Virus record (IMG/VR): IMGVR_UViG_3300030372_001726
Location: 1 to 34,280 of that record
Length of the DNA stretch: 34,280 nucleotides
Strand: one strand, 5' to 3'
From: a virus
Lineage: Duplodnaviria; Caudoviricetes
The notes under the pieces were generated by a model that was not told the origin of the DNA, did no database searches, and was given only the letters and a program-made list of their open reading frames with translations. A program made the translations under genes and the position numbers. Positions 14,057 through 23,308 of the stretch are shown piece by piece. Position 1 is the first letter of the stretch, and every line of letters begins with the position of its first letter.

Positions 14057-14822
14057 TAATATATCTTTTCCTTACCAGGATTTTTATTTTGCTGATTGGC
14101 GAATGGGTTGCTCTGGAATGACAGCACAACAAGAGGGATTATATATTCGATTATATACTCAGCTTGGCAGCTTAAATGGTCGAGGCTTACCTAATGACTT
14201 TAATATTATTTATCGCATGGTTTGTGATCCAACTGATAATCCAGATGTAACACAGCATCAAAAGGAAGATTTAATGTGGGTGATTAATGCAAAATTAACA
14301 CTGATTGATGGTCGTTATCATCAGCTTAGACAGAAAAAATCAAGGGAAGATAAGATTGAAATTGTTAAATTAAGGCAGGAATCTGGGAAAAAAGGTGGTC
14401 TAGCAAAAGCCAAGCAAACCTCTAGCAAACCTTCTGATTCTGATTCTGAATCTTATAACTATATATGGAGTAAATTATCAATTAAAAGAGGCTCTAAAAC
14501 TGTTGCTTACTCCTCTTGGTTAAAGTTTGCAAAAGACATTAAGCCAGACACATTAATAGAAAAATATAATGCTTTATGTTCGCAATCAGATGATCCAAAA
14601 TTTATTCCACACTTTAGCACTTGGTTAAATCACTCAAGGTGGGAAGAGGAACTGCCAAGTAAAAAAGAAACAAATAATTTTGGTGTTCAACCAAAAAAAT
14701 CACACAAAGATTATGTCGGTTTTGTAAAAAAAGGCATCAGAAGTACATCAATTTCTGACGATATGGTGCGTCAGATGAGAAAAGAAAATTTAATAACAGA
14801 AGAAGAATTTAAGGCATGGTAG
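14049..14822 (+). CDS. Phage replication initiator (DUF1376/YdaU-like N-terminus)
   Basis: PYQDFYFADW....MTAQQEGLYIRL N-terminus; FIPHFSTWLN..RWE C-terminal motif; GGAGG RBS. Confidence 0.8.
   Translation: MSDNISFPYQDFYFADWRMGCSGMTAQQEGLYIRLYTQLGSLNGRGLPNDFNIIYRMVCDPTDNPDVTQHQKEDLMWVINAKLTLIDGRYHQLRQKKSREDKIEIVKLRQESGKKGGLAKAKQTSSKPSDSDSESYNYIWSKLSIKRGSKTVAYSSWLKFAKDIKPDTLIEKYNALCSQSDDPKFIPHFSTWLNHSRWEEELPSKKETNNFGVQPKKSHKDYVGFVKKGIRSTSISDDMVRQMRKENLITEEEFKAW
14400..14465 (+). repeat. Candidate replication-origin iterons inside the initiator gene
   Basis: AGCAAA at 14402, 14413 and 14424 (11-bp period), then TTCTGA x3 and an AT-only-rich tract. Confidence 0.5.
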
Positions 14823-15643
14823 AAAGACTGCAAGTTTTATCATTTGGTGCAGGTGTGCAATCAACATCAATGTTTTTAATGTCAGTAAATGGTTTTTTAA
14901 ATAAAGTAGATCATTGTATATTTGCTGATACTGGTTTTGAGCCAGATTATGTTTATGACCAAGTTAAAAGATGTGAAAAAATAGCCAAAGATAATGGTAT
15001 AGGTTTTTATACTGTTAAAGCAGATTTTAAAGATAGCCATGAAAATATTTATACTCACACTATGGAAGCTACTAAAGGCAACACTTCAAGATATAGTGGT
15101 TTTCCAATGTATATGGAAAAAGGTTTTATTCGTAGGCAATGCACAAATGATTTTAAAATACAACCAATTAGGAAAAAAATAAGAGAATTATTAGGTTTAA
15201 AAAAAGGTCAAAGAGCAGGAAAAGAAATATTAGTAGATCAATGGATAGGTATTTCTATGGATGAAATACAAAGAACAAGAAGAAACAGAGATGTTTGGAT
15301 AAATAATTATTATCCTTTAATTGAAAAAAACTTAAACAGAAATGATTGTCTTAATTGGATAAAAGAAAATAATTTACCTATTCCTAAAAAATCTGCCTGT
15401 ATTAATTGCCCATATCACGACAATAAAACTTGGATTGATATGAAAAAAAATAGACCAGATGATTTTGCTAAAGCTGTTGAGATTGATTATGCTGTTAGGG
15501 AAGCTGAGTCTTTAAAATATCCTTTTGATGTAAAACTGTACACTCATAGAAGTTTACAACCATTAGATAAAGTTGAGTTTGATCCTAACAAAGATCAATT
15601 AGATATGTTTGATGAGGAATGTGAAGGTATTTGTGGCATCTAA
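14816..15643 (+). CDS. PAPS-reductase-like (PP-loop) protein
   Basis: LSFGAGVQS PP-loop, FADTG, RQCT..FK..PI, IGIS.DE..R, YPLI, KSAC..CPY, C-terminal EECEGIC. Confidence 0.8.
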   Translation: MVERLQVLSFGAGVQSTSMFLMSVNGFLNKVDHCIFADTGFEPDYVYDQVKRCEKIAKDNGIGFYTVKADFKDSHENIYTHTMEATKGNTSRYSGFPMYMEKGFIRRQCTNDFKIQPIRKKIRELLGLKKGQRAGKEILVDQWIGISMDEIQRTRRNRDVWINNYYPLIEKNLNRNDCLNWIKENNLPIPKKSACINCPYHDNKTWIDMKKNRPDDFAKAVEIDYAVREAESLKYPFDVKLYTHRSLQPLDKVEFDPNKDQLDMFDEECEGICGI

Positions 15644-16142
15644 AAAAAAGAAAAAAGATAAACATACTATTGATCTTGGTGGACAGGAATTAATTAGAGA
15701 TGATAAAACAAATACTTTTGTTAGAAAAGTTGATGGATCTAGGCTTAGACTTGTAGCTTATGGACAGGATAGACACTTAGAGAAAGAACACAAATCAGTA
15801 TTAGATAACTATTATGCCAGAGATTTATTAGATCCTTTTAATAAAGAACATAACAGCAAACGATATTGGGCAGGACAAGGCTTTGAGAAAGTATTTAATC
15901 GTGCAGGAATACAACAAAGAATTACTTCTAGTTTAAAAGAAAATTTAGGTCATGGTACTAAAGAAGATTATGCTGTTAATAATCTTGCAGCTTTAGATGA
16001 ATTTAGATTTATTAATAAAGAGTTAGGTAAATTATCTAATATATTATGGTTAGTTATTATTAATAATACACCGGCAAAAAAAAGAATGGATGAGTTAAGA
16101 GAGGCTCTTGATAAATTAATTTTGCATTTTGATATTAGTTGA
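15633..16142 (+). CDS. Hypothetical protein (position typical of a late-gene regulator)
   Basis: Likely GTG start at 15633; end of the early-right operon. Confidence 0.65.
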   Translation: MASKKKKKDKHTIDLGGQELIRDDKTNTFVRKVDGSRLRLVAYGQDRHLEKEHKSVLDNYYARDLLDPFNKEHNSKRYWAGQGFEKVFNRAGIQQRITSSLKENLGHGTKEDYAVNNLAALDEFRFINKELGKLSNILWLVIINNTPAKKRMDELREALDKLILHFDIS

Positions 16143-16216
16143 TGTTTTGTTGCTATTAACAAATGAATCGTAAATCTATAAAGATATATATAATCACATA
16201 AAATACGACTATTTTT

Positions 16217-16489
16217 ATGCCAGAACAACAACTCTTTAGAGCTGTTCTGTTGCAGGGTTTAACTGATGCATTGGGTAAATTTGAAATATCCTCCAGGTTA
16301 AATGCCAAATATGAAGTAGAAGCAAAAGATTGGTTAAAGAGCAAAGATTTTAATCTTATTTGTTCTTATGCTAATTGGCAACCATCTGAAATTATAAAAA
16401 TGTATTTAGACATTAGTAAACATAAACATTATTTAACAGCAACCGATATAAGATTTTTATTAAATGAAAGAATTACTAGAAGATATTAA
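16217..16489 (+). CDS. Conserved phage hypothetical protein
   Basis: LFRAVLLQ.LTDA...AKDWL.S.DF..IC pattern. Confidence 0.72.
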   Translation: MPEQQLFRAVLLQGLTDALGKFEISSRLNAKYEVEAKDWLKSKDFNLICSYANWQPSEIIKMYLDISKHKHYLTATDIRFLLNERITRRY

Positions 16490-16655
16490 CTGCACTATGT
16501 TTATGGTTAAAAATCCAGACACAGATCAGTCAGAAATTATTATTAGATTTAAGTTCGACTCAGAGCAAGAGGCATTGAGCTTTGCTGATACATTTAAAAG
16601 TACACCAGAATATACAGATTACGCACAGACAGGCAAAACAATAACATATCATTAA
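16464..16655 (+). CDS. Hypothetical protein
   Basis: 63 aa, stop abuts the next ATG. Confidence 0.6.
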   Translation: MKELLEDINCTMFMVKNPDTDQSEIIIRFKFDSEQEALSFADTFKSTPEYTDYAQTGKTITYH

Positions 16656-17903
16656 ATGAAGATAGAAATGTGGTCTATTGATAGACCAATAGCCTATGTT
16701 CGCAATGCTCGAAAGATACCTCAACAAGCAATCGATAAGGTTGCCGGAAGTTTAAATGAGTTTGGTTGGAGACAACCAATAGTTGTGGACACTAAAGAAA
16801 TTATAATTGTTGGTCATACAAGACTTAAAGCTGCACAAAAGTTAGGCTTAAAAGAAGTACCAGTTCATATTGCCGAAAATTTAACTGAGGCTCAAGTCAA
16901 AGCATATAGACTAGCTGATAATAGAACAGGTGAAGAGACTGATTGGGATCAAGAGTTATTATCTTTAGAGATAAAAGACTTAACTGATTATGATATTAAC
17001 TTAGACTTAACAGGTTTTGGTGACAAAGAAGTAACGCAGCTGTTAAACCAATATTTAGAAACCGAACAAGGTAATATTGGCGATGATGAGATACCAGATA
17101 CTATTGAGACTAGGACTCAGCATGGTGACTTATGGCAACTTGGCAGACACAAATTATTATGTGGTGATGCAACAATAAAAGAGGATGTTGCAAAGCTAAT
17201 GGGTGACATGAAGATAGATATGATCTTCACTGATCCTCCTTATAATGTTAATTACTCTGGTCGTGGCAAGAATGAATTAGGGACAATTAAAAATGACAAT
17301 ATGGATAATGATTCCTTTATGTTATTTTTAAATGACACTTTTAGTTTAGCTCATGAGTATTTAAAACCATTAGGCTCACTCTATGTTTGTCATGGTGATA
17401 GTAAATCAGATGCTAAAATAAGTTTTGAAGTTATCTTTGATAAATATTTTAAGAAGTCATCGACTATTATTTGGGTTAAGCAATCAGCCGGAATGGGTTG
17501 GCAAGATTATAGGTGTCAACATGAACCAATATTATATGGTTGGAAAGAAGGTAAAGGAAAGCACTCCTTTTATGGTGATAGAACTAAATCAACTGTTTGG
17601 AATGTATCAAGAGACTCTCAATCATCTTATAAGCATCCGACTCAAAAGCCTATTGCATTAATAGAAGAGGCTTTAAGAAACAGTAGTAAAGAAGAGGACC
17701 TGGTATATGATTCCTTTGGTGGAAGTGGTTCAACACTCATAGCTGCAGAAAAGAATAATAGAATTTGTAACACAATAGAATTAGATCCTAAGTTTTGTGA
17801 TGTTATATTACAACGATGGGAAGACTTTACAGGAGACAAAGCAAAATTAAATGGAAGAAATAAAAAAGGGCAGACCGACAAAGTACAGCAAGACTCTAAT
17901 TAA
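16656..17903 (+). CDS. ParB-like domain fused to N6-adenine/N4-cytosine DNA methyltransferase (beta class)
   Basis: N-terminal RNAR, FGWRQPIVVD, GHTRL, ADN; catalytic TDPPY precedes HPTQKP and SAM-binding DSFGGSGST. Confidence 0.92.
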   Translation: MKIEMWSIDRPIAYVRNARKIPQQAIDKVAGSLNEFGWRQPIVVDTKEIIIVGHTRLKAAQKLGLKEVPVHIAENLTEAQVKAYRLADNRTGEETDWDQELLSLEIKDLTDYDINLDLTGFGDKEVTQLLNQYLETEQGNIGDDEIPDTIETRTQHGDLWQLGRHKLLCGDATIKEDVAKLMGDMKIDMIFTDPPYNVNYSGRGKNELGTIKNDNMDNDSFMLFLNDTFSLAHEYLKPLGSLYVCHGDSKSDAKISFEVIFDKYFKKSSTIIWVKQSAGMGWQDYRCQHEPILYGWKEGKGKHSFYGDRTKSTVWNVSRDSQSSYKHPTQKPIALIEEALRNSSKEEDLVYDSFGGSGSTLIAAEKNNRICNTIELDPKFCDVILQRWEDFTGDKAKLNGRNKKGQTDKVQQDSN

Positions 17904-18273
17904 GAAGATATTAGAACGACTGGCCAAAGGTGAGCCAATAAGAAATGCAGTAGTTGACGAGGGAATAAGTTGGGCAACATTTCGTAACTGGTTATTAACT
18001 AAAGATGGATTAAGACAGCAGTACGCACTTGCCAAGCAAGATGGTATTGAATGGTCTATCGGTGATGTTGAGACTATTGCTATGCAAACAGTATCAAGGT
18101 CGAGGGAAAAGAAAGCAGATATATCTGAGGTTAAAGCAGTAAGTGAATTAATAAAGCACAGACAATGGAAGGCACAGAAACTCTTTCCTAAAGTCTATGG
18201 AGATAAGACACAGATGGAAGTATCTGGTGGAGATAAAGCAATAGAGATTAAATGGGAGTCAGATAAGGACTAA
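17851..18273 (+). CDS. terS: Terminase small subunit
   Basis: GRPTKYS...ILERLAKGE HTH, RQWKAQKLFPKVYGDK motif of Sf6-type TerS. Confidence 0.88.
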   Translation: MEEIKKGRPTKYSKTLIKKILERLAKGEPIRNAVVDEGISWATFRNWLLTKDGLRQQYALAKQDGIEWSIGDVETIAMQTVSRSREKKADISEVKAVSELIKHRQWKAQKLFPKVYGDKTQMEVSGGDKAIEIKWESDKD

Positions 18274-18424
18274 TTACTAGCCAATATATGCTTATACAAT
18301 AGGTTAATGGGTGGTAGATAAGGAATGATAAGGGAGTGGTGTTTAGTTAAGTTGTTGATTTAATTAAATAGATTAAGAGATTTGTTTTAATTGACACAGA
18401 AACTCTCGTGAGCAAAAGAATTTA

Positions 18425-18439
18425 GAACAAAAATAGAAC
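18425..18439 (+). promoter_or_regulatory. Alphaproteobacterial LexA (SOS) box 1
   Basis: GAAC-AAAAATA-GAAC, perfect GAAC-N7-GAAC. Confidence 0.7.
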
Positions 18440-18541
18440 AAACTAACTAAAAAATAATATTATTACTCCATATTTAATCCAGACTGCTGATTAATGGCAG
18501 ACTTCTGCCAAAAGAAAGCCATTGGGATTGGTATTCCTTTT

Positions 18542-18556
18542 GTTCCTGTTTTGTTC
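18542..18556 (-). promoter_or_regulatory. Alphaproteobacterial LexA (SOS) box 2
   Basis: GTTC-CTGTTTT-GTTC on + strand, perfect GTTC-N7-GTTC. Confidence 0.7.
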
Positions 18557-18561
18557 ATGTA

Positions 18562-18576
18562 GAACAATACCAGAAC
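18562..18576 (+). promoter_or_regulatory. Alphaproteobacterial LexA (SOS) box 3
   Basis: GAAC-AATACCA-GAAC, inverted relative to box 2 and 5 bp from it. Confidence 0.7.
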
Positions 18577-18659
18577 AAATAATAAAATAACCCCACAGGC
18601 TTGATGCAGTGAACATGGGGACTGATTTTAAGACAGATGAATTTCCTACGAGGCTTTTT

Positions 18660-18842
18660 ATGATTAAAAAAACTAAAACAAAAAAAAGAAAATCTAAACA
18701 GACCAACGATCCTTTTAAAGAATTAGTTATGGCATTAAGCGAAAAGCCTACCCTACCAGAATCATCTGGAAGAGGCATTGTTAAAGGCAATGATGTTTCA
18801 CGCATGAAAGATTTCTTAGAGCAAGAAAGTAAGGATGTTTGA
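18660..18842 (+). CDS. Small basic hypothetical protein upstream of terL
   Basis: Likely ATG 18660 (GAGG RBS), MIKKTKTKKRKSK...; stop overlaps the terL start. Confidence 0.65.
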   Translation: MIKKTKTKKRKSKQTNDPFKELVMALSEKPTLPESSGRGIVKGNDVSRMKDFLEQESKDV

Positions 18843-20119
18843 AAATTGTTATACCCTACAAGCCTAGAGAACATCAAAAGGCTGTTCATAAAAAATTAAA
18901 AAGATTTAATGTCTTGGTCTGTCATCGCAGGTTTGGAAAAACTGTGCTGTGTATTAATGAGCTAATTAAACACTGCATGATTAATCCTCTGCCAAGACCA
19001 CGATATTATTACATAGCACCAACTTACAGCATGGCAAAAAGAACTGCTTGGGATTATGTAAAAGAATATACAAAGGTTATACCAAACACCGAGTACCATG
19101 AAACAGAGCTTAGATGCGATCTTCCAAATGGAGGAAGGATTCAGCTGCTTGGTACTGAGAGACCAAATAGCCTAAGAGGACTGGCCATAGATTTTTGCGT
19201 GATGGATGAGGTAAGTCAATTCCCTCCCTCGCTGTGGAATGAAGTAGTTAGACCGGCATTGGTCGATAGGTATGAACTTGGACAAAAAAAAAATTTTTTA
19301 ACTGGGGGGATGATCGCTATTGGCACTCCTCAAGGACACAATGCCTTTTTTGATCTTTATGATTATGCCAGTCATAATGATGATTGGTATGCTGAAACAT
19401 TTAAAGCATCGGATACAAACATTATATCCGAGTTAGAGCTTAATGAAGCTAGAGCCTTAATGCCGGAAGAGGTCTATGAGGCAGAATTTGAATGCTCGTT
19501 TGATTCAGCTGCAATAGGATCTATCTATGCAAAAGGCTTAACAAAAGCCGACGAAGAAAAAAGAATTACAAAAGTCCCATATCAAACAGATGTTAAGGTT
19601 TCAACTTTCTGGGATTTAGGAATGGCAGATAAAACTGCTATATGGTTTGTTCAACAAGTAGGATCAGCATTCCACATAATTGATTATTATGAGGATAGTG
19701 GCGAGAGTTTAGAATTCTATGCAACTGTCTTGGATGAGAAAAAATATATTTACAATACACACTTCCTCCCACACGATGCTCAAGTAAGAGAGCTTGGGAC
19801 TGGAGTTAGCCGAGTAGAGACAGCACAGTCTTTAGGTATGCGAACTTCCATTGTTCCCAAACTCTCTATTGAGGATGGTATTAACGCAGTTAGAATGATT
19901 TTAAGCAGATGTTGGTTTGATCACGATAAATGCAAACATGGTCTAGATGCTTTAAGGCAATATAGATGGGCTACATCAGAACGAGGAGAGCTTAAAAATA
20001 AACCAGAACATAACTGGACAAGTCACGCAGCCGATAGTTTTAGATATTTTGCTGTGGGCAATCAGCAGAGTACCGAATGGACTACAAAATTAAAATATAA
20101 CAATGCAGGAATTATTTAA
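18839..20119 (+). CDS. terL: Terminase large subunit
   Basis: Walker A HRRFGKT, Walker B VMDE, GTP coupling motif, nuclease WDLG..D and SHAADSFRY. Confidence 0.96.
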   Translation: MKIVIPYKPREHQKAVHKKLKRFNVLVCHRRFGKTVLCINELIKHCMINPLPRPRYYYIAPTYSMAKRTAWDYVKEYTKVIPNTEYHETELRCDLPNGGRIQLLGTERPNSLRGLAIDFCVMDEVSQFPPSLWNEVVRPALVDRYELGQKKNFLTGGMIAIGTPQGHNAFFDLYDYASHNDDWYAETFKASDTNIISELELNEARALMPEEVYEAEFECSFDSAAIGSIYAKGLTKADEEKRITKVPYQTDVKVSTFWDLGMADKTAIWFVQQVGSAFHIIDYYEDSGESLEFYATVLDEKKYIYNTHFLPHDAQVRELGTGVSRVETAQSLGMRTSIVPKLSIEDGINAVRMILSRCWFDHDKCKHGLDALRQYRWATSERGELKNKPEHNWTSHAADSFRYFAVGNQQSTEWTTKLKYNNAGII

Positions 20120-20122
20120 CGA

Positions 20123-22120
20123 ATGGCAAAATTAACAAAAACAAAGCTACTATCACAAATATCACAGGAGATACAAAGTTCTCTTGGCTTTTATTCAAGT
20201 GATTTATCTACGCAACGCAAAGAAGCACTCAAGTATTATCTTGGTGAGCCTCTTGGTAATGAAGTAGAAGGTAGATCAAGTGTAGTATCACAAGACATAT
20301 TAGAAGTTGTTGAGTCTATGTTGCCTAGTTTAATGCGTATGTTTACGCAATCAAACAAAATGGTTAACTTTGATCCCCAACAACCAGAAGATGTGCCTTA
20401 TGCAGAGCAAATAACCGACTACTGCAACTTTATTTTTAATAGAGACAATGAAGGTTTTAATATTTTGCACTCCATGTTTAAGACTGCACTCCTTCAAAAG
20501 AATGGTTTTTGCAAAGTTTATTGGAAGAAGTCAAAAAAACAGAAAAAAGAGTCTTACAAGCACTTAGATGAGACGCAATATCAAACATTATTAATAGATG
20601 ATGAGATAGAATTGCTTAGTGTGGAAGAAATATCCGAAGAGGATGGTACTTTTTATGATGTAGAGCTTAGACGCACAAAGGAATATGGCAGATGCCAGAT
20701 AGATCCTGTGCCACCAGAAGAAATCCTGGTATCAGCTAGAGCAAAAACTTTAAAAGATTGCAATTTCATCGCACACCGAGTTGCTAAAACAGTTTCCGAG
20801 TTAATTGACATGGGTTTCAATAAAAAAGATGTTGAAAGTCTGCCTAGTAGCGAAGAACAAGTCTATAATACAGAGGCTATTGTAAGACGCAGCTATGATG
20901 ATCCCTCAATGGATCTAGAAATCTCTAATATTGACTCTTCACAGCGAGTTGTTCAGATAACCGAGTGCTATATGAAGGTTGATATGGATGGTGATGGCAT
21001 TGCCGAGCTAAGAAAGATCATTGTTGGAGGTAGTGGCTATAATAATTACATTATTTTAGAGAATGAAGAAATAAATAAGCTGCCTTTTGCTATGTGTGTG
21101 GCGATACCAATGCCTTTTAGGTTTTTTGGTCTATCCATGTACGATTTATTAGCTGATGTGCAGATGATGAGTACTACGATCATGAGAAATACTCTTGATA
21201 ATATGTATTTTCAGAATAACGCAAGGACTGTTGTTGTTGATGGTCAAGCAAACCTAGATGATTTACTTACTTCAAGAGCAGGTGGCATTGTTCGAGTTAA
21301 ATCGCCTAATGCTGTCACTCCTTTACAGACTCCAAACTTCTTAAATGATGGTTTATCTATGATGAAAAAAATAGATGAGCTAAAAGAAAAGAGATCTGGT
21401 GTACCAAATCAACTAATGGGACTTAATCCAGATACAATAAACAAATCACATACCACAGCACAGTCTGTTAACCAGATGATGAACAGTTCTACACAAAGAA
21501 TTGAATTAATTGCCAGGTCCTTCGCTGATGGAGTAAGAGATATATTTGAAAATATACTTGCTGTTGTATGCGAGTACCAAGATCAAGAGAGAATAGTTAA
21601 ATTACGAGGCGAATTTATTCCAATGAATCCTCGACAATGGACTGATCACTATGATTGCACAACACAAGTTGGACTAGGAACAGGAAACCAAGATCAACGA
21701 CTAGAAGTTTTACAACAAGTTTTAAATGTCCAAGAAAAATTAATTGGCATGGGTGGGATGGGAATGGTAACTCCACAAACAATTTATAATACTTTAGAAA
21801 ATTATTTACAAAATAGTGGATACAAAGATGCATCACAATTTTTTAATGATCCATCACAGCAACCACCTCAACAACCACAACAAGAAAAACCAGATCCGGC
21901 TCTGCAATTAGCAGCACAAGATATCGAAATGAGAAAACAAAAGGCTATGGCAGATGCAGATTTTAAAAATAGAAAATTAGAAGCTGATAATCAATTTAAA
22001 ATGCAAAAAATGAACTTAGATGAACAAAAATTGGCAACGCAAGTAGTCAAAGAACAAAACATAAATAGTTTAGAAAAAGAGAAATTAGCTTCTAAAATTC
22101 TAGAACAAGGGATGAATTAA
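20123..22120 (+). CDS. Portal protein
   Basis: 665 aa after terL; YYLGEP.GNEVEGRS, PSLMRMF, Q-rich C-terminal coiled coil. Confidence 0.92.
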   Translation: MAKLTKTKLLSQISQEIQSSLGFYSSDLSTQRKEALKYYLGEPLGNEVEGRSSVVSQDILEVVESMLPSLMRMFTQSNKMVNFDPQQPEDVPYAEQITDYCNFIFNRDNEGFNILHSMFKTALLQKNGFCKVYWKKSKKQKKESYKHLDETQYQTLLIDDEIELLSVEEISEEDGTFYDVELRRTKEYGRCQIDPVPPEEILVSARAKTLKDCNFIAHRVAKTVSELIDMGFNKKDVESLPSSEEQVYNTEAIVRRSYDDPSMDLEISNIDSSQRVVQITECYMKVDMDGDGIAELRKIIVGGSGYNNYIILENEEINKLPFAMCVAIPMPFRFFGLSMYDLLADVQMMSTTIMRNTLDNMYFQNNARTVVVDGQANLDDLLTSRAGGIVRVKSPNAVTPLQTPNFLNDGLSMMKKIDELKEKRSGVPNQLMGLNPDTINKSHTTAQSVNQMMNSSTQRIELIARSFADGVRDIFENILAVVCEYQDQERIVKLRGEFIPMNPRQWTDHYDCTTQVGLGTGNQDQRLEVLQQVLNVQEKLIGMGGMGMVTPQTIYNTLENYLQNSGYKDASQFFNDPSQQPPQQPQQEKPDPALQLAAQDIEMRKQKAMADADFKNRKLEADNQFKMQKMNLDEQKLATQVVKEQNINSLEKEKLASKILEQGMN

Positions 22121-23052
22121 TGGCTGATAAATTTACACCTTTTATGGTTGGAACACAGGCTCAAAATATTATCAATGATTTTTTGGATGGTAAATTAACA
22201 ACAAGTCCTAATGTTAATTCAGCAGGAAAGTTTCGTAATCCAAAATATGATATACGAACAGAACAAGAAAAAGCAGGAACATTAGATCCAACAGCAGATT
22301 TTCCTAATCCACAAATAGATTATTCTTCTGTACCAGATACTCCAGTTGATCCTTGTCCTCCAGGTTTCATGTTAGTTGATGGTGTATGTCAGCCAGTAGA
22401 ACAATTTGGTCAATCAGCTTATGATGAAAATAGAGATAGAGACGATAATCAAGAAGAGCCAAGAAAATATTATTCTATTGATGCAATGAAAGATTTATCT
22501 GATGAAGAATTAATTAATTATTTAAAAGATGGATGGTTAAAAAATAGTCCTTTAGGTTTTCTTGATAGTAAAGGAAGTCAAGTTACTCTAGGTGGTCAAT
22601 GGATGCCTTGGCAATTCGGTTTAATTGGTGGAGAACAAAATCAAATGCGAAGAGATGCTATGGATATAGAACTTCGCAGAAGAGGTTATTTTACAGGTCA
22701 ATATGATGATAACTACAATCCTATTTATGATTTAAACCAAGAGCCTAATGTTTTCTTAACTCCTCCTGCTACCACAAATGAAGCAGAAGTACCATATTAT
22801 GATGGATCAACTAATGGTAGTTATGGAAGTGGAGAAGATTTTGGTGGTGGCAATGTTGTCATTAGTCCAAACAATCCAAACAATAATAATGTTGTAAATT
22901 ATACAGGTAACGAAGGACAAGGAACATCACAATCTGGTGGTGGTGTAGCAAATCCACACACAAACACAGGTTTTAGTGGGGGTAATCCTTTTATTACTCC
23001 TCCACAAATGACTGCTTCACAACAGCAATACATGGAAGATTACGATAAATAA
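22120..23052 (+). CDS. Hypothetical protein (probably virion-associated)
   Basis: 310 aa; DPCPPGFMLVDGVCQP motif; G/N-rich low-complexity C-terminus. Confidence 0.75.
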   Translation: MADKFTPFMVGTQAQNIINDFLDGKLTTSPNVNSAGKFRNPKYDIRTEQEKAGTLDPTADFPNPQIDYSSVPDTPVDPCPPGFMLVDGVCQPVEQFGQSAYDENRDRDDNQEEPRKYYSIDAMKDLSDEELINYLKDGWLKNSPLGFLDSKGSQVTLGGQWMPWQFGLIGGEQNQMRRDAMDIELRRRGYFTGQYDDNYNPIYDLNQEPNVFLTPPATTNEAEVPYYDGSTNGSYGSGEDFGGGNVVISPNNPNNNNVVNYTGNEGQGTSQSGGGVANPHTNTGFSGGNPFITPPQMTASQQQYMEDYDK

Positions 23053-23297
23053 TGGATAAAGAAAAAGAAATACAAAGAGGACATGAAGCAAAACGAATAT
23101 TAGAAGATCCTATATTTGTTGAAGCTATACAAAAGGTTTCGGCAGAGTTAGACCATGAATGGTTAAACTCACCGATAAGAGATACTGAAGGAAGAGAAAA
23201 AATTTACATGATGAAAAGAATGTTAAATGTCCTTCATGTACAACTGCAATCTGTAATGGAGACAGGCAAACTAGCCTCAAAGCAGATTAATCAATAA
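23052..23297 (+). CDS. Conserved small head-module protein
   Basis: RG.EAKRILEDP...W.NS...D.EGRE pattern commonly found before scaffold genes. Confidence 0.75.
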   Translation: MDKEKEIQRGHEAKRILEDPIFVEAIQKVSAELDHEWLNSPIRDTEGREKIYMMKRMLNVLHVQLQSVMETGKLASKQINQ

Positions 23298-23308
23298 AAG
23301 GAGTTATT

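Noticed and set aside
17425-17661. Nested alternative-frame ORF in the N6/N4 methyltransferase
   Set aside because: Unlike the C5 case it is short, lacks motifs and an RBS, and the main frame already has all motifs.
18391-18420. TTGACA at 18391 as a late promoter
   Set aside because: No plausible -10 element at 16-18 bp spacing.
18491-18889. 132-aa minus-strand ORF over the SOS boxes and terL start
   Set aside because: Antisense to coupled plus-strand genes, with composition reflecting reverse-complement A-tracts; not fully excluded.
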